Shown: one piece after another, positions 11,251-22,216 of the stretch
How positions within the stretch are numbered: position 1 is the first letter of the stretch
How the letters are laid out: the number at the start of each line of letters is the position of its first letter
The notes under the pieces: generated by a model
The model's database searches: none
The model's input: only the letters and a program-made list of their open reading frames with translations
What the model was told of the DNA's origin: nothing
Assembly (NCBI GenBank): GCA_008690995.1
Contig: VRMN01000006.1
Span: 620,001-684,000, forward strand
Length of the DNA: 64,000 nucleotides
From: Porphyridium purpureum
Lineage: Eukaryota
Direction: 5' to 3'
Made by a program: the position numbers and the translations under genes

Positions 11251-11505
11251 CTCCGCCCCAACCAACACGTTGAGCCTCCACAAAATACCCGATAAACCAT
11301 TAAACCATTACGCCGATAAGCTGATAAGTCAACAAGCTGATAAACCGTTTAGAATTTTTTTTCGCGGTTTGGTGTTGCGAAGTGCGTCGGCGGCAAGAAG
11401 TGGGTTGAGGCGGAATCCTGGCGAAGCGTGTTGGATGGTGGCGCTGCACAGGGACAACGTTGGGTTTGCGCGACGGTACGGAAGCACGGAGACGCCGCCG
11501 GCAAG

Positions 11506-12939
11506 ATGGGAGACAAGCGCGCGCAGTTCTTCGACGCGATCCGGGATGAAAAGTTGCAGACGATTCGGTGGTCTCTGCGGCACGGTGGCATGACACCGAC
11601 CAACCCGTTCAGTGACGATGACCTTCCGCCGCTGCATGTGGCGGTGCAGCTGGGCAAGCTCAAATCGTTGCGCACGCTGCTGGAGCATGTGGACCGAACG
11701 CGCGACCAGGCCACGGTAGATGTGCCGGACGCCACGCATGCGAATCGCACGCCGCTCATGCTGGCGGCCGCCGGTGGTTGGGAGGATGGTTGCCGAGTGC
11801 TGCTGAAATCGGGCGCCTCGCTGAGCGTCAAGGACGACAAGGGCCGCACTGCTCTCGAGTATGCGCAGATTAAAAAGCGAGCCAAAATTGTACGGCTCTT
11901 CGAAGAGGCCCTGCGTGAGCCAGAAAGCGCGGACGAGGCCGAAATGGATCCCGAGGTGCGCAAGCAGCAGAAGCTCGAGCGCGAGGCGGAGGACCGCGGT
12001 ATCTCAGTGGGAAAACTCGTTGAGGAGAAGCAAGCACAGCAGCAGGTCGCAGAGTCGTCGCGAGTTGAGCAGGACATCCAAGAATACAAGCAGGAACAGC
12101 TACTCAGTCAGGTGAAGAACACGGCAGCCTGGGACGAGATCCAGCGCGCCGCGGCCGAGCGCTATCACGATTTGTCCGTTCCGGAAGGCCGGCATAACGA
12201 GCTTGATTCTACGCTCTGGTTATGTGGGTGGCTGAAGACGCTGACGATCAGCGGGCTCGGTGCAGAGCTCGGAGCGCTACCACGCGACGTTTTCCAGCTG
12301 AGCAGCCTCACCGAATTGACGCTGCGCAACTGCGGCATCAGCTCGCTGCCGGAAGACTTTGGTGATAAGATGCCGCAGCTCAAGGTACTGGATCTTGAAG
12401 GCAACGCGCTAGAGACACTGCCGCGCTCGCTGGGCAAACTGGATGCGCTCGAGGTGGTCAATTTGAATCGCAACGCGCTCCGTTCGGTGGCTGCTTTAGA
12501 AGGCTGCAGCAGCCTCGTCACGTTCAAGGTAGCGTACAATCAGCTTGAAGCACTCGATCTCGACTTTGCAAAGATGCCTCGCTTGCAACTTGTCGGAGTC
12601 GAGGGAAATCGGCTCGCTGCGCTTCCAGCCGAACTTGGCGACCTGCAGAACTTGCAGGAGCTGAATATTGCTGACAACCAATTAGTGGAGCTGCCTCCGG
12701 AGCTTGGCAACCTGAACGTGAAAAAGTTCCAGACGATCGAGTTGCGAGGAAATCCGCTGCGCGACAAGAAAATCGACCGCATCATGGACAAGGGCGCCAA
12801 GCCCATGAAAGAACTATTAGCGCACTTGAAGAAGCAGCAATCCAGCAGCGCACGTAAAGGCGGCGGAAAGAAGAAGAAGGGCAAGACGGGCGCTGGCAAT
12901 GCCGCCCGCGAAGAGAGCGAGGACGATCAGAGCGAGTGA
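11506..12939 (+). CDS. Ankyrin-repeat plus leucine-rich-repeat protein
   Basis: ANK repeats PPLHVAVQLG, RTPLMLAAAGG, GRTALEYA. LRRs LxxLxLxxN (LTELTLRNCGI, LKVLDLEGNAL, LQELNIADNQL). Lys-rich C-terminal tail. Confidence 0.9.
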   Translation: MGDKRAQFFDAIRDEKLQTIRWSLRHGGMTPTNPFSDDDLPPLHVAVQLGKLKSLRTLLEHVDRTRDQATVDVPDATHANRTPLMLAAAGGWEDGCRVLLKSGASLSVKDDKGRTALEYAQIKKRAKIVRLFEEALREPESADEAEMDPEVRKQQKLEREAEDRGISVGKLVEEKQAQQQVAESSRVEQDIQEYKQEQLLSQVKNTAAWDEIQRAAAERYHDLSVPEGRHNELDSTLWLCGWLKTLTISGLGAELGALPRDVFQLSSLTELTLRNCGISSLPEDFGDKMPQLKVLDLEGNALETLPRSLGKLDALEVVNLNRNALRSVAALEGCSSLVTFKVAYNQLEALDLDFAKMPRLQLVGVEGNRLAALPAELGDLQNLQELNIADNQLVELPPELGNLNVKKFQTIELRGNPLRDKKIDRIMDKGAKPMKELLAHLKKQQSSSARKGGGKKKKGKTGAGNAAREESEDDQSE

Positions 12940-13187
12940 AAATTTTCAATTAGCCATGAATTAGCCCGTAGTTTTCTTTGCTGTACATTCGTGAAAGAAT
13001 TCAAATCTTCTTGTGACTTGGGCCTTGCGGGTCCACAATCCACAGATCGGCGGTCTAAAGTGACACACCTTGTCTCGACCGCACTTGATTTTCCCTTCAA
13101 AACACCGGCTTCCTCCCTCCGAGTACACGAGGGACAAGGAGCGCGACAGAGAGACTGTCTGTGAAGAGGACTTGCTGGATGGCCGCT

Positions 13188-16100
13188 TCAAGAGTCAGCC
13201 GAGCTCGCAAAGAGCTGCTGCATACGATCCGCGATGGCGATGGCGCTTTCGCGCGCCGAGTGCGCGTCTCTGTGTGAGTGATCAGAAGGGTTTCGTAGAG
13301 CATCAACCAACGATTCAATTGCGAGATGCGGTAGACAGACCACATCCCTTGCAGGGACGTCAGTACTCTCTCCATCCTTGGCTGTCCGTATAGCCAATTC
13401 TGCACGAGCTAAAAGCTCAAACACCAGCGGTACGGCAAGATCGGCACGCCCTGCGCCTACAAGCACTCGCAGGACCCTATTCAACTCGCCATCTGACCCA
13501 AAAAAGTCCGACTTTGCTGCGACATCGTCGGCACGCTTCCTGCTACTCTGCTCGCCTCCGGAAGCGGATCCCCACGCCGCGCGCTGAATAAGCCAAAAAG
13601 GAATTCGGCTCAGCTTGTCCTTCGGCAGCGCTGCTACAAGGAACTCCAGCGCTTCGGCATAGTACGAGCGCGATGCCGGCAGCATGGCGGCGGCGTCACG
13701 CCGCCACTCCTCGAGCTTACTCAGCAGCGTGCCAGAGTCACAAGCGGTTGTCGACAACGACGCGTAGCTGACGGAGAAGACGGTACTGTTGTTGCCTGTG
13801 CGGCACGCCTCACAGGTGACGCTGGCGCGCTGCACGCCCGACCCTGAACACACACCCAGTGCGAGCGCGTGCACAACAAAGCGCACGGTGCGATCGGAAT
13901 GATGCTGTACGGCACTGCGCGTTGCGAGCTCGATGGCGAGCCGAATGCATGCCGCGCAAGGCGCTACGATGTCGGGTGCCTCCTGTGTCGCCGAAGACGC
14001 GCTCAGCGCACAAACCGCCCACTCAACGGCACCGCGCTCTTCCTCCAGCAGCCCCAGATGCTCCAGGACGGAGCTGCAGGACAAAGCTGACGCTGAAGAA
14101 TGACTGCGGTTGTCAGCGAGCAACACTCGCCGCGCGAGTGTCGCAAAAGCCTTGCCATGGATCCTCATCCGATCCACATCCTCCAACAGACAGATGCGAA
14201 CAGGTGCGGTGCGATCCGCGCTCTGTCGCCGCTGCCGCTGAGTACGGCGATGAAGACCGAGGCTGTTCGTTCGCGCTTGCTGAGCTGCATTTCTTTGACC
14301 ATCATCGCGACCGCTCGCCTCAAGAGCAACTTCGTCTTGTTCCTGGTCGTCATCATCAAACGAAAAGCGAACGACGTTCGGTTCACGATGTTGGTCCTGG
14401 TGCTCGTCGACCATGTTGGTTTCTTCCTGAGTTTGGTGCAGGTGAGCAGTCCCGCTGTCGGCGCTCGCTGCGGTTGCACGACGCGAGGGGTGCAGGACGA
14501 ACGGCTCGTTGCCAAAGCGAAGTGCCGAGCACGCTGTGGTCAGGGCGGAAACATACGTGTCAACCAGCGTGATCAGGAAGAACGCTGCGTTAGCCTTCGT
14601 GGCCGTGGCAAAAAGGCCACTGGTCTCTGAGCGGCGGGCAGATTCGAGCGCAAGCAGGACTTTATCCGCAAGCTCCAGTGCAGCTTGGGCGGCACTTACC
14701 GCGTCGCCGCGGTACATTTCCCAGCCAATCCACTGCTCGTATGCGTTCAGCGTGTTATTGCTGCGGTTGTCGTCCCTACTGCTCTGGCCTTTGCCGCTGA
14801 ATCCACCGAGCTCGAGCTCACCCAGCCGCGCGCGCTTGGACAAGGCCCACGCAATCATGCGCGTCGCCGGGGCGTGCAAGTCCTTTTTCATGAGCGCACT
14901 CAACTGGGACTGGTCGGCTACCGCATTCACAAGAACAATAACTGCGTCCTGCAAGGCTGCCCTTTCCTCGTCGTACTGCGATCGCCGCTGCGCTCGCTCC
15001 TCCGAAGACCGCGCTCCCAGTGTCTCAGCAACGGCAATCGAGCTCGTCGAAGCTGGCATGAGCAGAACATCAAGCGCAGCAGACAGGTCGTTCATGTCAA
15101 GGAATCCCTGAAACGCAATGTTACGCATGGTCTCGAATGCGCGTCGTGAAAGGGAGCGAACCTGGACATCTTCCTCTGCGGTGGCCTCCACGTCCGTGTC
15201 GGTGCGCACGTACGTGTGATCCTGATGAAGCGCCGTCGTTGCAATGAGAGCGCATGCCTGCGATGCACCGTAAGCCTTCAAGGGCTCTAGAGTCCGAATC
15301 AGAAGGACTTTTGTACGAAACGCAATCGTTTGTGCCATGTCATTTTCGTACTCGAGTTGGCTTCCACAGGCACTCAGCATCGCCTCAAGTGCCGCAGAAT
15401 CTGCATCGCTCATCACGTCGCACTCACTCACCACCAAGCTCGCGTCAGTGCACAATTGAATGACACCTGAAGCGTCAACACGATGGCGATCTTCTTCATC
15501 CTCTTGCCATGCCTTGGGCGTGGTACCCTCAACGCGCAGTCGGAACATGTGCACACCGCTTAGCGCCGCCGCTACCTGTGATGCACACGGACATAGCTCA
15601 ACACTCATGCTCCCAAGTGCGGCCAGGGCTGAGTACTCGCCGTGCGCCAGCAAAAAGCCGAAAATCGCCGGCTGTGTGGGATCAAGTAAAAGCTCAAAAA
15701 CATCTCGCGCGGCGTCTATAAGCGACCATGCATGGGCACCACTACTATTCATGGCTCCGCCGCCAGCTCCTTCAAGCAAGATGAGCCGACTCGCCTCCAC
15801 GGCGACGTCACGTACACATGGAAGCTCCGGCGCATTCCACGACGCCAACATAGTCGCGCGCTGATGCTGCTGCTGCTCAAGCGAGAGATTGACGGTTGCC
15901 CGTGATAAGGCGCTTTCTGATGCTGCAGGAAATGGCGCTGAACTGAATGCAAGAAATTCAGACCTCCACTGCGCTGTCAAAAGTGCCTCTGACGGAAGGC
16001 TGCTGAGGAACAAACTCATGTTAAAGCTCAGAAAGGATTCAATCGTTGTCGCTTGGACCGCACTGGTAGTCTGGCGGCGGTGGAAGTGAAGTCGACACGC

Positions 16101-18590
16101 CGCTACCTGTAGTCCCGCATTACTGGCAAGGTGCATTGCGAGCCTCCCAAAGATTGCGTTTCCGCTACTGTAAGTGTCACTGTGAGCCATCAAGGAAAAG
16201 TCTGAAGAAGCAAAAGCCTCGGTTTCCTCTGCCGCCATTTCGCGCAGTACACCCATTGCACCGTCTCGGTGGACAATAATTGGAACTGAACGAAGCTCAT
16301 TGCCATTCGGACTCGCCGGCTCTGACGCTCCGCAATACATCGGGAATGACAACACGTCAAGCATGGCCGCGTCCATTTCTATCGACAGCTTGTCGGCACG
16401 CTTCAGGATTCTCTGCGCTGCATCTTCTGCCGATACGCCAGCGTCCATAAGCGTTTTCAACGCTTCGTCGGCCGCAGGTAAAAGCAGCGAATAAGGTAGT
16501 AATGGGCATGAACTCACATGCAACGCGAAAAACCGCTGCCACTCTTCCAGGCGATCAGGGCGGACTCGCAACGCTTTCGCTACCACAGCGTATGAGTATC
16601 TCCCCGGCACCAGTAACTTGAGAGCCATTGTGTTCCGCACGCCTATCTGTTTGTGATCGTGTTCCAAATTTCCGGGATGAGGTTCTGAAGACGAAATTCC
16701 CACAATCGCATTCAGGGCAGTTACACCGAGCAGTCTACAAACTTCGTCGATTGAATGATCAATTGCGGACCACACGGACTCTGTACTTAAATCGCGGTAT
16801 TCGTCGACGCGCGTCCACGCACGCAGTGGCACGGCAGGCCGAGCGGTGTCTGAGATACTGCCTTCCTCACCGCTGGTCCCACCATCAACCCCAAAGGAAA
16901 GAATCGTTCCGTCTGAAAGCGCAACAACTATACCCTGAGTATCGTCTAGAACGCATGCGCTTGCCAAGGGCTGCCGGAGCTGCGCATACGTAAATGAGCG
17001 CACCAATACGACTTCAAAGCTTGTGACCCTCCCTGAAATGCGCGGCCGTACGTTCAAAACCGACACACACAGCGAGCGCGGCTGTGACGATACACCCATC
17101 GATTTGCCGCGCTGGACATTTATCACCACAACGTCCCGACCGGGCCCGTCGCCTGCATCAGAACCACGTGTAACAGGCAAGCATTCCAGACGAATGAATT
17201 CTGGCGCATGGTGCGCACTGAATGAAGGATCCATTTGCTTGAAATCAATCTGCATCCCTGTATATGCGGCTGCCGTTGTCGCCGCTGGTGCCTCACTCTC
17301 GAGCGATTCATCGGAAAAACTGGACTCGGCGTCTGCTATGCCATCGTCCGCAGAAGATCGTAAGTTATGGCACGAGATGGTGCCATTGCGCCACAAAAAG
17401 AGACAAGAGTGGAAATTCAGAAGCACTGCGCCCAGTACATCGCACCCGGCCGAAGAAGGTCCCGCAGACTCGTCTGTGTCCAGCACGGGCTCGATACTAT
17501 CATATCCAGAAACGGATGCAACTGCGGTGCCTGCTTCAGCTCGTCGGTCGGTACGCGTACGTCCAGCAGCTTTTTCTTTGCGCCGGAAAAAGAAAGAGCT
17601 TAGAAGCGACGGGCGCGCTCTTGATTCCAGGTTTTGCTCCTCGGCGGGCCGCTTTTTGTCCCGCAAGCGTCCACGAAAGGCCTGACAAACCACCCGAGCA
17701 CGGACGGGCCCTTGATTGCCGTCTGCTGGTCCAAGACTTAAACACTCGCACTCACCGTCACGGTCAGCAAGGACAAACTGGAGCCGTTCGCGGGGACGCG
17801 ATTCGGAAGTAGCTGTGTCGATGTCCATCGCGTCTTGAGAAGGCACGTATGCCACAAGCTCAGAGAATAACGTCAGCTCACTCAAGTTCACCTCACCGGG
17901 CACCGCAACGTTTGACACGATCTGGACCGCGGACTCAACGTCGTTGGCCACCGCATCGATGTCGACGCGTAATACTGCAATAAACGGACATCTTGGCGGC
18001 TCTGCGGGACTCTCTGACGACTCTGCGTCATTCGATACGCCAGCGTGACCGGATTCAGCCTCAACAACATCATAGAGGATAGCCACCATGGCGACGTCCT
18101 TTTCAACGGACGACATCCAGACCACCGGCGTGTGGAATAATGTCCGAGGTAAGCCAAGTAGCACCTCTCTACGACGTTGCTCGCTGGCATTCCAGTTTTG
18201 GTCAAGGACTGGCCTCGTCCTCAGACTCAGTGCCACCCGATCGGAGTGTTCTTGTCGACGGTACCCGTCCCACCGACCTGGTGCGGCGCGCACACCTTCC
18301 AACCGCGCAATCACCAGCTGCGCATGCTCTACCGGCGCTACGCGAGGATGAAGCTCCATTCCCAACATCGCTGCGCGTGGTAACCTCACCACCTGAGGAA
18401 CGGGCGATCGCGCAAATCTCGGCGCACGGCTCGGCGCATCCAACCGGGCCGTGCCGGAACGGTGCTGCGAAAGTACATCCTGCACGTCGACGCTGCACGA
18501 GCGCGCTCGCGACCCTGCGAAGCCACCGTATCCGGAAGCCACATCAGTAGCTCCGAGCGGCCGCAGCAGCGTCTCTCGCAGCGGCATCAT
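13188..18590 (-). CDS. NUP160: Nucleoporin Nup160/Nup120-like (Y-complex) protein
   Basis: About 1800 aa with a beta-rich N-terminal half and a helical C-terminal half. YEQWIGWEMYRGDAVSAAQ, IPFWL..ELNRVLRVLV..DLAVPLVFELL and CLPHLAIESLVDAL resemble the Nup160 C-terminal blocks. Confidence 0.65.
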   Translation of the reverse strand: MMPLRETLLRPLGATDVASGYGGFAGSRARSCSVDVQDVLSQHRSGTARLDAPSRAPRFARSPVPQVVRLPRAAMLGMELHPRVAPVEHAQLVIARLEGVRAAPGRWDGYRRQEHSDRVALSLRTRPVLDQNWNASEQRRREVLLGLPRTLFHTPVVWMSSVEKDVAMVAILYDVVEAESGHAGVSNDAESSESPAEPPRCPFIAVLRVDIDAVANDVESAVQIVSNVAVPGEVNLSELTLFSELVAYVPSQDAMDIDTATSESRPRERLQFVLADRDGECECLSLGPADGNQGPVRARVVCQAFRGRLRDKKRPAEEQNLESRARPSLLSSFFFRRKEKAAGRTRTDRRAEAGTAVASVSGYDSIEPVLDTDESAGPSSAGCDVLGAVLLNFHSCLFLWRNGTISCHNLRSSADDGIADAESSFSDESLESEAPAATTAAAYTGMQIDFKQMDPSFSAHHAPEFIRLECLPVTRGSDAGDGPGRDVVVINVQRGKSMGVSSQPRSLCVSVLNVRPRISGRVTSFEVVLVRSFTYAQLRQPLASACVLDDTQGIVVALSDGTILSFGVDGGTSGEEGSISDTARPAVPLRAWTRVDEYRDLSTESVWSAIDHSIDEVCRLLGVTALNAIVGISSSEPHPGNLEHDHKQIGVRNTMALKLLVPGRYSYAVVAKALRVRPDRLEEWQRFFALHVSSCPLLPYSLLLPAADEALKTLMDAGVSAEDAAQRILKRADKLSIEMDAAMLDVLSFPMYCGASEPASPNGNELRSVPIIVHRDGAMGVLREMAAEETEAFASSDFSLMAHSDTYSSGNAIFGRLAMHLASNAGLQVAACRLHFHRRQTTSAVQATTIESFLSFNMSLFLSSLPSEALLTAQWRSEFLAFSSAPFPAASESALSRATVNLSLEQQQHQRATMLASWNAPELPCVRDVAVEASRLILLEGAGGGAMNSSGAHAWSLIDAARDVFELLLDPTQPAIFGFLLAHGEYSALAALGSMSVELCPCASQVAAALSGVHMFRLRVEGTTPKAWQEDEEDRHRVDASGVIQLCTDASLVVSECDVMSDADSAALEAMLSACGSQLEYENDMAQTIAFRTKVLLIRTLEPLKAYGASQACALIATTALHQDHTYVRTDTDVEATAEEDVQVRSLSRRAFETMRNIAFQGFLDMNDLSAALDVLLMPASTSSIAVAETLGARSSEERAQRRSQYDEERAALQDAVIVLVNAVADQSQLSALMKKDLHAPATRMIAWALSKRARLGELELGGFSGKGQSSRDDNRSNNTLNAYEQWIGWEMYRGDAVSAAQAALELADKVLLALESARRSETSGLFATATKANAAFFLITLVDTYVSALTTACSALRFGNEPFVLHPSRRATAASADSGTAHLHQTQEETNMVDEHQDQHREPNVVRFSFDDDDQEQDEVALEASGRDDGQRNAAQQARTNSLGLHRRTQRQRRQSADRTAPVRICLLEDVDRMRIHGKAFATLARRVLLADNRSHSSASALSCSSVLEHLGLLEEERGAVEWAVCALSASSATQEAPDIVAPCAACIRLAIELATRSAVQHHSDRTVRFVVHALALGVCSGSGVQRASVTCEACRTGNNSTVFSVSYASLSTTACDSGTLLSKLEEWRRDAAAMLPASRSYYAEALEFLVAALPKDKLSRIPFWLIQRAAWGSASGGEQSSRKRADDVAAKSDFFGSDGELNRVLRVLVGAGRADLAVPLVFELLARAELAIRTAKDGESTDVPARDVVCLPHLAIESLVDALRNPSDHSHRDAHSARESAIAIADRMQQLFASSADS

Positions 18591-18721
18591 CGCATCTGTT
18601 TCCGCGTCCACCTCCTCCCTCCTCCCTCGCCTTTGCCAAGCCGCAACAGCCGTGACACAAGAATGCTGTGGGTCTGGCCGACAAAGACGGTCAGTGACAT
18701 GAGCATGGAGGTGGACTCGAG

Positions 18722-20467
18722 ATGGAGCTTGGGATCTTTGATGAGCGATTCGATGAACAATTACTGCGTCTGCACGAGCAGGTGCAGCTCATGCAGGCCG
18801 CAGACGAGCGCGTTCGAAGTGTGCGGGCGACAGGAGCGACTGTGTCGTCGGCAATGAGGAGTTCTGGCGCCGGCCTGGACCATGATGTGTTTGCGGTGCA
18901 CGCGTGCCGGCGGAGCTTGCTGCAGAAAGATGAGACTCGGACCCTCGAGTGGCTCCGGATTTTGTACGGAACTAGGCCCCCCGTATCACGAAGTAGCTCG
19001 GCTGCGGCAACACGCGGACGCGCCCGCGCAAATCGCGCAAATTATGCGCGCACCGAGAGCGACGTTCGACAACAGCAGCAGCAGCAGCAGCAGCAGCTGC
19101 AGCTCGACGCTGTGGTTATGATTAATCCGCTGGCAGAGGTTGATATGCTGCGAGGAAAGTTTTGCATCAAAGTGCCACATTTGAGAATTCCTTGGGCTCG
19201 CGCGCTGGCCGAGGCATTGTGGAACCAGCTCAATGTCTCTCTGGAAAAGTACGACGTACCACGGCGCTTCGAGGGTCTGCTTGTAAGCGAGCCCTGCGTC
19301 ACGCTTGATCAGTGCCCGGCGACTGTCGGGTGCCTTTTATGCTCAATTTGTCCCCGCTGTGCAGCCCCAAACGCACAGAGCAGGCTGCACGACTGTGCGT
19401 GCTCATGCCCTCTGTACGAAGCCTTAAACATAGAGGCATTGGAGTACAATGCCGCTGTATTGCGCGGAATCACGCGCTCAAAAGGTCAGCTCCCAGCAAG
19501 TCGGCTCTGTGGAACGGTCAAGAGGCAGTTTCTGCGCGGCATTGCACGCCGGTGCACAATGGGCATGGCTTGCGCCCAAAATGAATACACCCGTTTCTCG
19601 ATGGAATACGACAAGCATCGCCGCGCCGTAGAGAATATCAAGACGACGTGCGAGCCCAGCATACTCCTTTTGTGCAGAAGGAAAGAAGTTCAAATCTCTT
19701 TCGATGACGCAAGCTTACTGGTACCTGGTGAAGAAAGCCCGAGTGACTTCACCGACTGTGTGTGCTCAGAATCATGCCGAAATTGGAAACCATCAAGCCA
19801 CACCTTGACGGTGTGTGCTGTGGACACAAGCGCAAACGCGTCAAGGCGGCCTTCACTTTACATCAAGGCGCAACTTTTGCCCCCAGCGGCGGCACCATCA
19901 AATGTGCTTCTCGGCGGCGGCGGTGCAAAGTGTCTCATCAACGGCTCGTTGCTGGACATGGATTGTCTCGATATTTTGCGTGGAATCCTGTACCGGCTTT
20001 TCCACATTGATGTGATGCTGGACAATACCGGTGCGATGGCAGGTCCGTCTTTGTCTGCCTCTCATTGCGCTGGCCGCTCCCTTAAAGTGGCCTACAACAG
20101 CGATGAGGTGGATTCATATCTCGAGTCGCGCTTCCTGCTTAGGTGGAGCCAGATGTTCCCTCTGGCGGCGGAGCTTGCAAAGATGCAGCGCGTGCTGGTG
20201 ATTCTAAAGGAACTCGAGCGGCACATCCAGCGCTACCAGCTGTGTCACCGCGAGATATCAAACTTGAACGAGGAACTGACACGGGCCGCAATCTATTATG
20301 AAAGGCTCAACGCAAGGAGTCTTCTGGAACTCGCAGCACTGGAAGTGGCGATACAGAGGCAGCCGAATGCAGACTTGTCCGACCTTGAGGGGCTGTTGCC
20401 ACCGGACGTCATTTCCGTCGTTCGTCAGAAGAGTGACATCTTGCAGGCAAGCAAGCTTGTTGCTTGA
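18722..20467 (+). CDS. Hypothetical protein with a polyQ tract, a Cys-rich middle and a C-terminal coiled coil
   Basis: 581-aa ATG-initiated ORF, divergent from the Nup160-like gene. Contains CLLCSICPRC..HDCACSC. No family recognised. Confidence 0.7.
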   Translation: MELGIFDERFDEQLLRLHEQVQLMQAADERVRSVRATGATVSSAMRSSGAGLDHDVFAVHACRRSLLQKDETRTLEWLRILYGTRPPVSRSSSAAATRGRARANRANYARTESDVRQQQQQQQQQLQLDAVVMINPLAEVDMLRGKFCIKVPHLRIPWARALAEALWNQLNVSLEKYDVPRRFEGLLVSEPCVTLDQCPATVGCLLCSICPRCAAPNAQSRLHDCACSCPLYEALNIEALEYNAAVLRGITRSKGQLPASRLCGTVKRQFLRGIARRCTMGMACAQNEYTRFSMEYDKHRRAVENIKTTCEPSILLLCRRKEVQISFDDASLLVPGEESPSDFTDCVCSESCRNWKPSSHTLTVCAVDTSANASRRPSLYIKAQLLPPAAAPSNVLLGGGGAKCLINGSLLDMDCLDILRGILYRLFHIDVMLDNTGAMAGPSLSASHCAGRSLKVAYNSDEVDSYLESRFLLRWSQMFPLAAELAKMQRVLVILKELERHIQRYQLCHREISNLNEELTRAAIYYERLNARSLLELAALEVAIQRQPNADLSDLEGLLPPDVISVVRQKSDILQASKLVA

Positions 20468-20829
20468 GATAACAACCGAAGGATACAAGATATGGAGGTT
20501 GGAGAAAGGAATAAAAAGAAAAGAAAAAAAAAAAAGAAAAAAAAAAGAGAAGATAGAAGAGATAAGAGAGAAAACGAGCTGGAGGATACGCGCTCGGTCC
20601 ACAGGATAGCAAGTGTGAATCGGTCGCGAATGTGCCTTTAACCTGCCATGAGTTTCATACCAAGACACAGCCTCAAGGCGGACTTCTGCATTCTTTTTTA
20701 TTTTCTTCTCCTTTCCTTTCAAGGAATACTCCAAAGGGCGACCGCGAGCGTCTCGGTTGATGAATGCTCTGGAGAGAACCAAGCACAAACTTGTTACATG
20801 GAGAATATAATTTTGAACTGCCGCCGCCA

Positions 20830-20942
20830 TCATTGTTGCTTACATTCCTCTTGAGTAGTTGCTGGATCAAGCAGCGGAGCTGGAGCTCCGTTTCGACCAG
20901 AACTTTTCGCACCACCTTTCTTTCCGCGAGGTCTGACCGGAA

Positions 20943-20973
<31 letters not shown>

Positions 20974-21921
20974 ATCATCAACATCGTCATCATCGAAATC
21001 ATCATCCTCGTCTGGGTCCAAATAGTCATCGCCGTAGTCTTCATCCTCCTCAGAATCTTCTTTGGCTTCCCCGAGAAACCAGCGGATCGCGTTTGGCACA
21101 ATCTCCGACCCGATCAAATCACCCACCTCAAAATCAGCTTCGAGCAGGTCACTGACCTGTGCCTCAAGTTCTGGATCCAGCGAGCCCGGTGCAGGCGTTT
21201 GTGGCGGTTGGAAAAAGTTGAAAAAGCTATCGCATGGCTCCAGCTTACTGATTGTGCGCGAATTGTTCTTCCCCTTACCCTTGATAGTCTTGCGCACGAC
21301 CTTGACCGTCACGTTTTTGCCTTCCTTCCACTCGATCTTTGTTCCCTTGACTCCAGACAGCGTGTCTGACCATTGCTCGTTGTCCATGATGTATGACTTT
21401 GAAAGCGATGTGTTCTTAAAGAACGGATTCTCCTTGAAGTCAAAAAACAGCGTGAACGAGCCGTCTGCGACGGGACTCTGTTCCGAACTTTCCAAGGCGT
21501 CGTCCTTCTTCCGAATGCAGGTCAGGTATTTGAGCACTTCTTCGTCCTTGTCGGTGATATTATCCGCCACGGTGGGACAATTGAGCAAAGTGCGCAGCCA
21601 AAAGTCCTCCACCTTGCCACTGTTTACGGCCTGCGTGCGCTTCTCCAACACCGCATCGAAATGCGGCACAAACGACCGGCGTAGCTGCTTGACCGCCGCG
21701 TCCTCCTCTGCCTGCTTCGCGTCAAATTCCTCCTGTATCTTCACCAGCTCCTCCACCGCCAGCGCCTCGTCCTCATTACGAGGCTCAAACGCAGGCGCGC
21801 CTGTCACGCCAGCAGCACCCAGCGCACCATCGCCACTCCCATCCACCATACCCGACACATTCGCGCCGGCCAGCGCCGCGGCCAGCGCCTGCTCGTACGC
21901 AGCCTTGCTGCTACCGTCCAT
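20830..21921 (-). CDS. NAP1: Nucleosome assembly protein 1 (NAP1) histone chaperone
   Basis: FWLRTL, DEEVLKYL, FDFKENPFFKNTSLSKSY, GTKIEWKEGKNVT, SFFNFF, acidic tail, C-terminal ECKQQ prenylation motif. Confidence 0.95.
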
Positions 21922-22216
21922 ACCGTCGTCGCGTCTCAAACCACGTTCCCGCTGTGCTGCTTCCGATCCTTTCCTTTCCTAAAACCCACAACCGCCGCCG
22001 CTCCCACATCGCCCGCCCCGCGCGCCCACACAAAAACCCCGTTCCTTTTTTAATCTTAAAATAAATCATAAACTATGATGATAAATGTGTTAAATTAATG
22101 GACCAGAGGAGTACAGTATGTACATTGGGTACAGTTGATGAAGGGGAGGAAGAGAGGTGGCTGTGGGGGGAGGCTGTGGTGGTGTCGGTGTTGAGGAGAG
22201 GAACCAGGTGTTGGTG

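Noticed and set aside
20830..20847. C-terminal CKQQ prenylation motif on NAP1
   Set aside because: It is a known conserved feature of NAP1 proteins and not novel.
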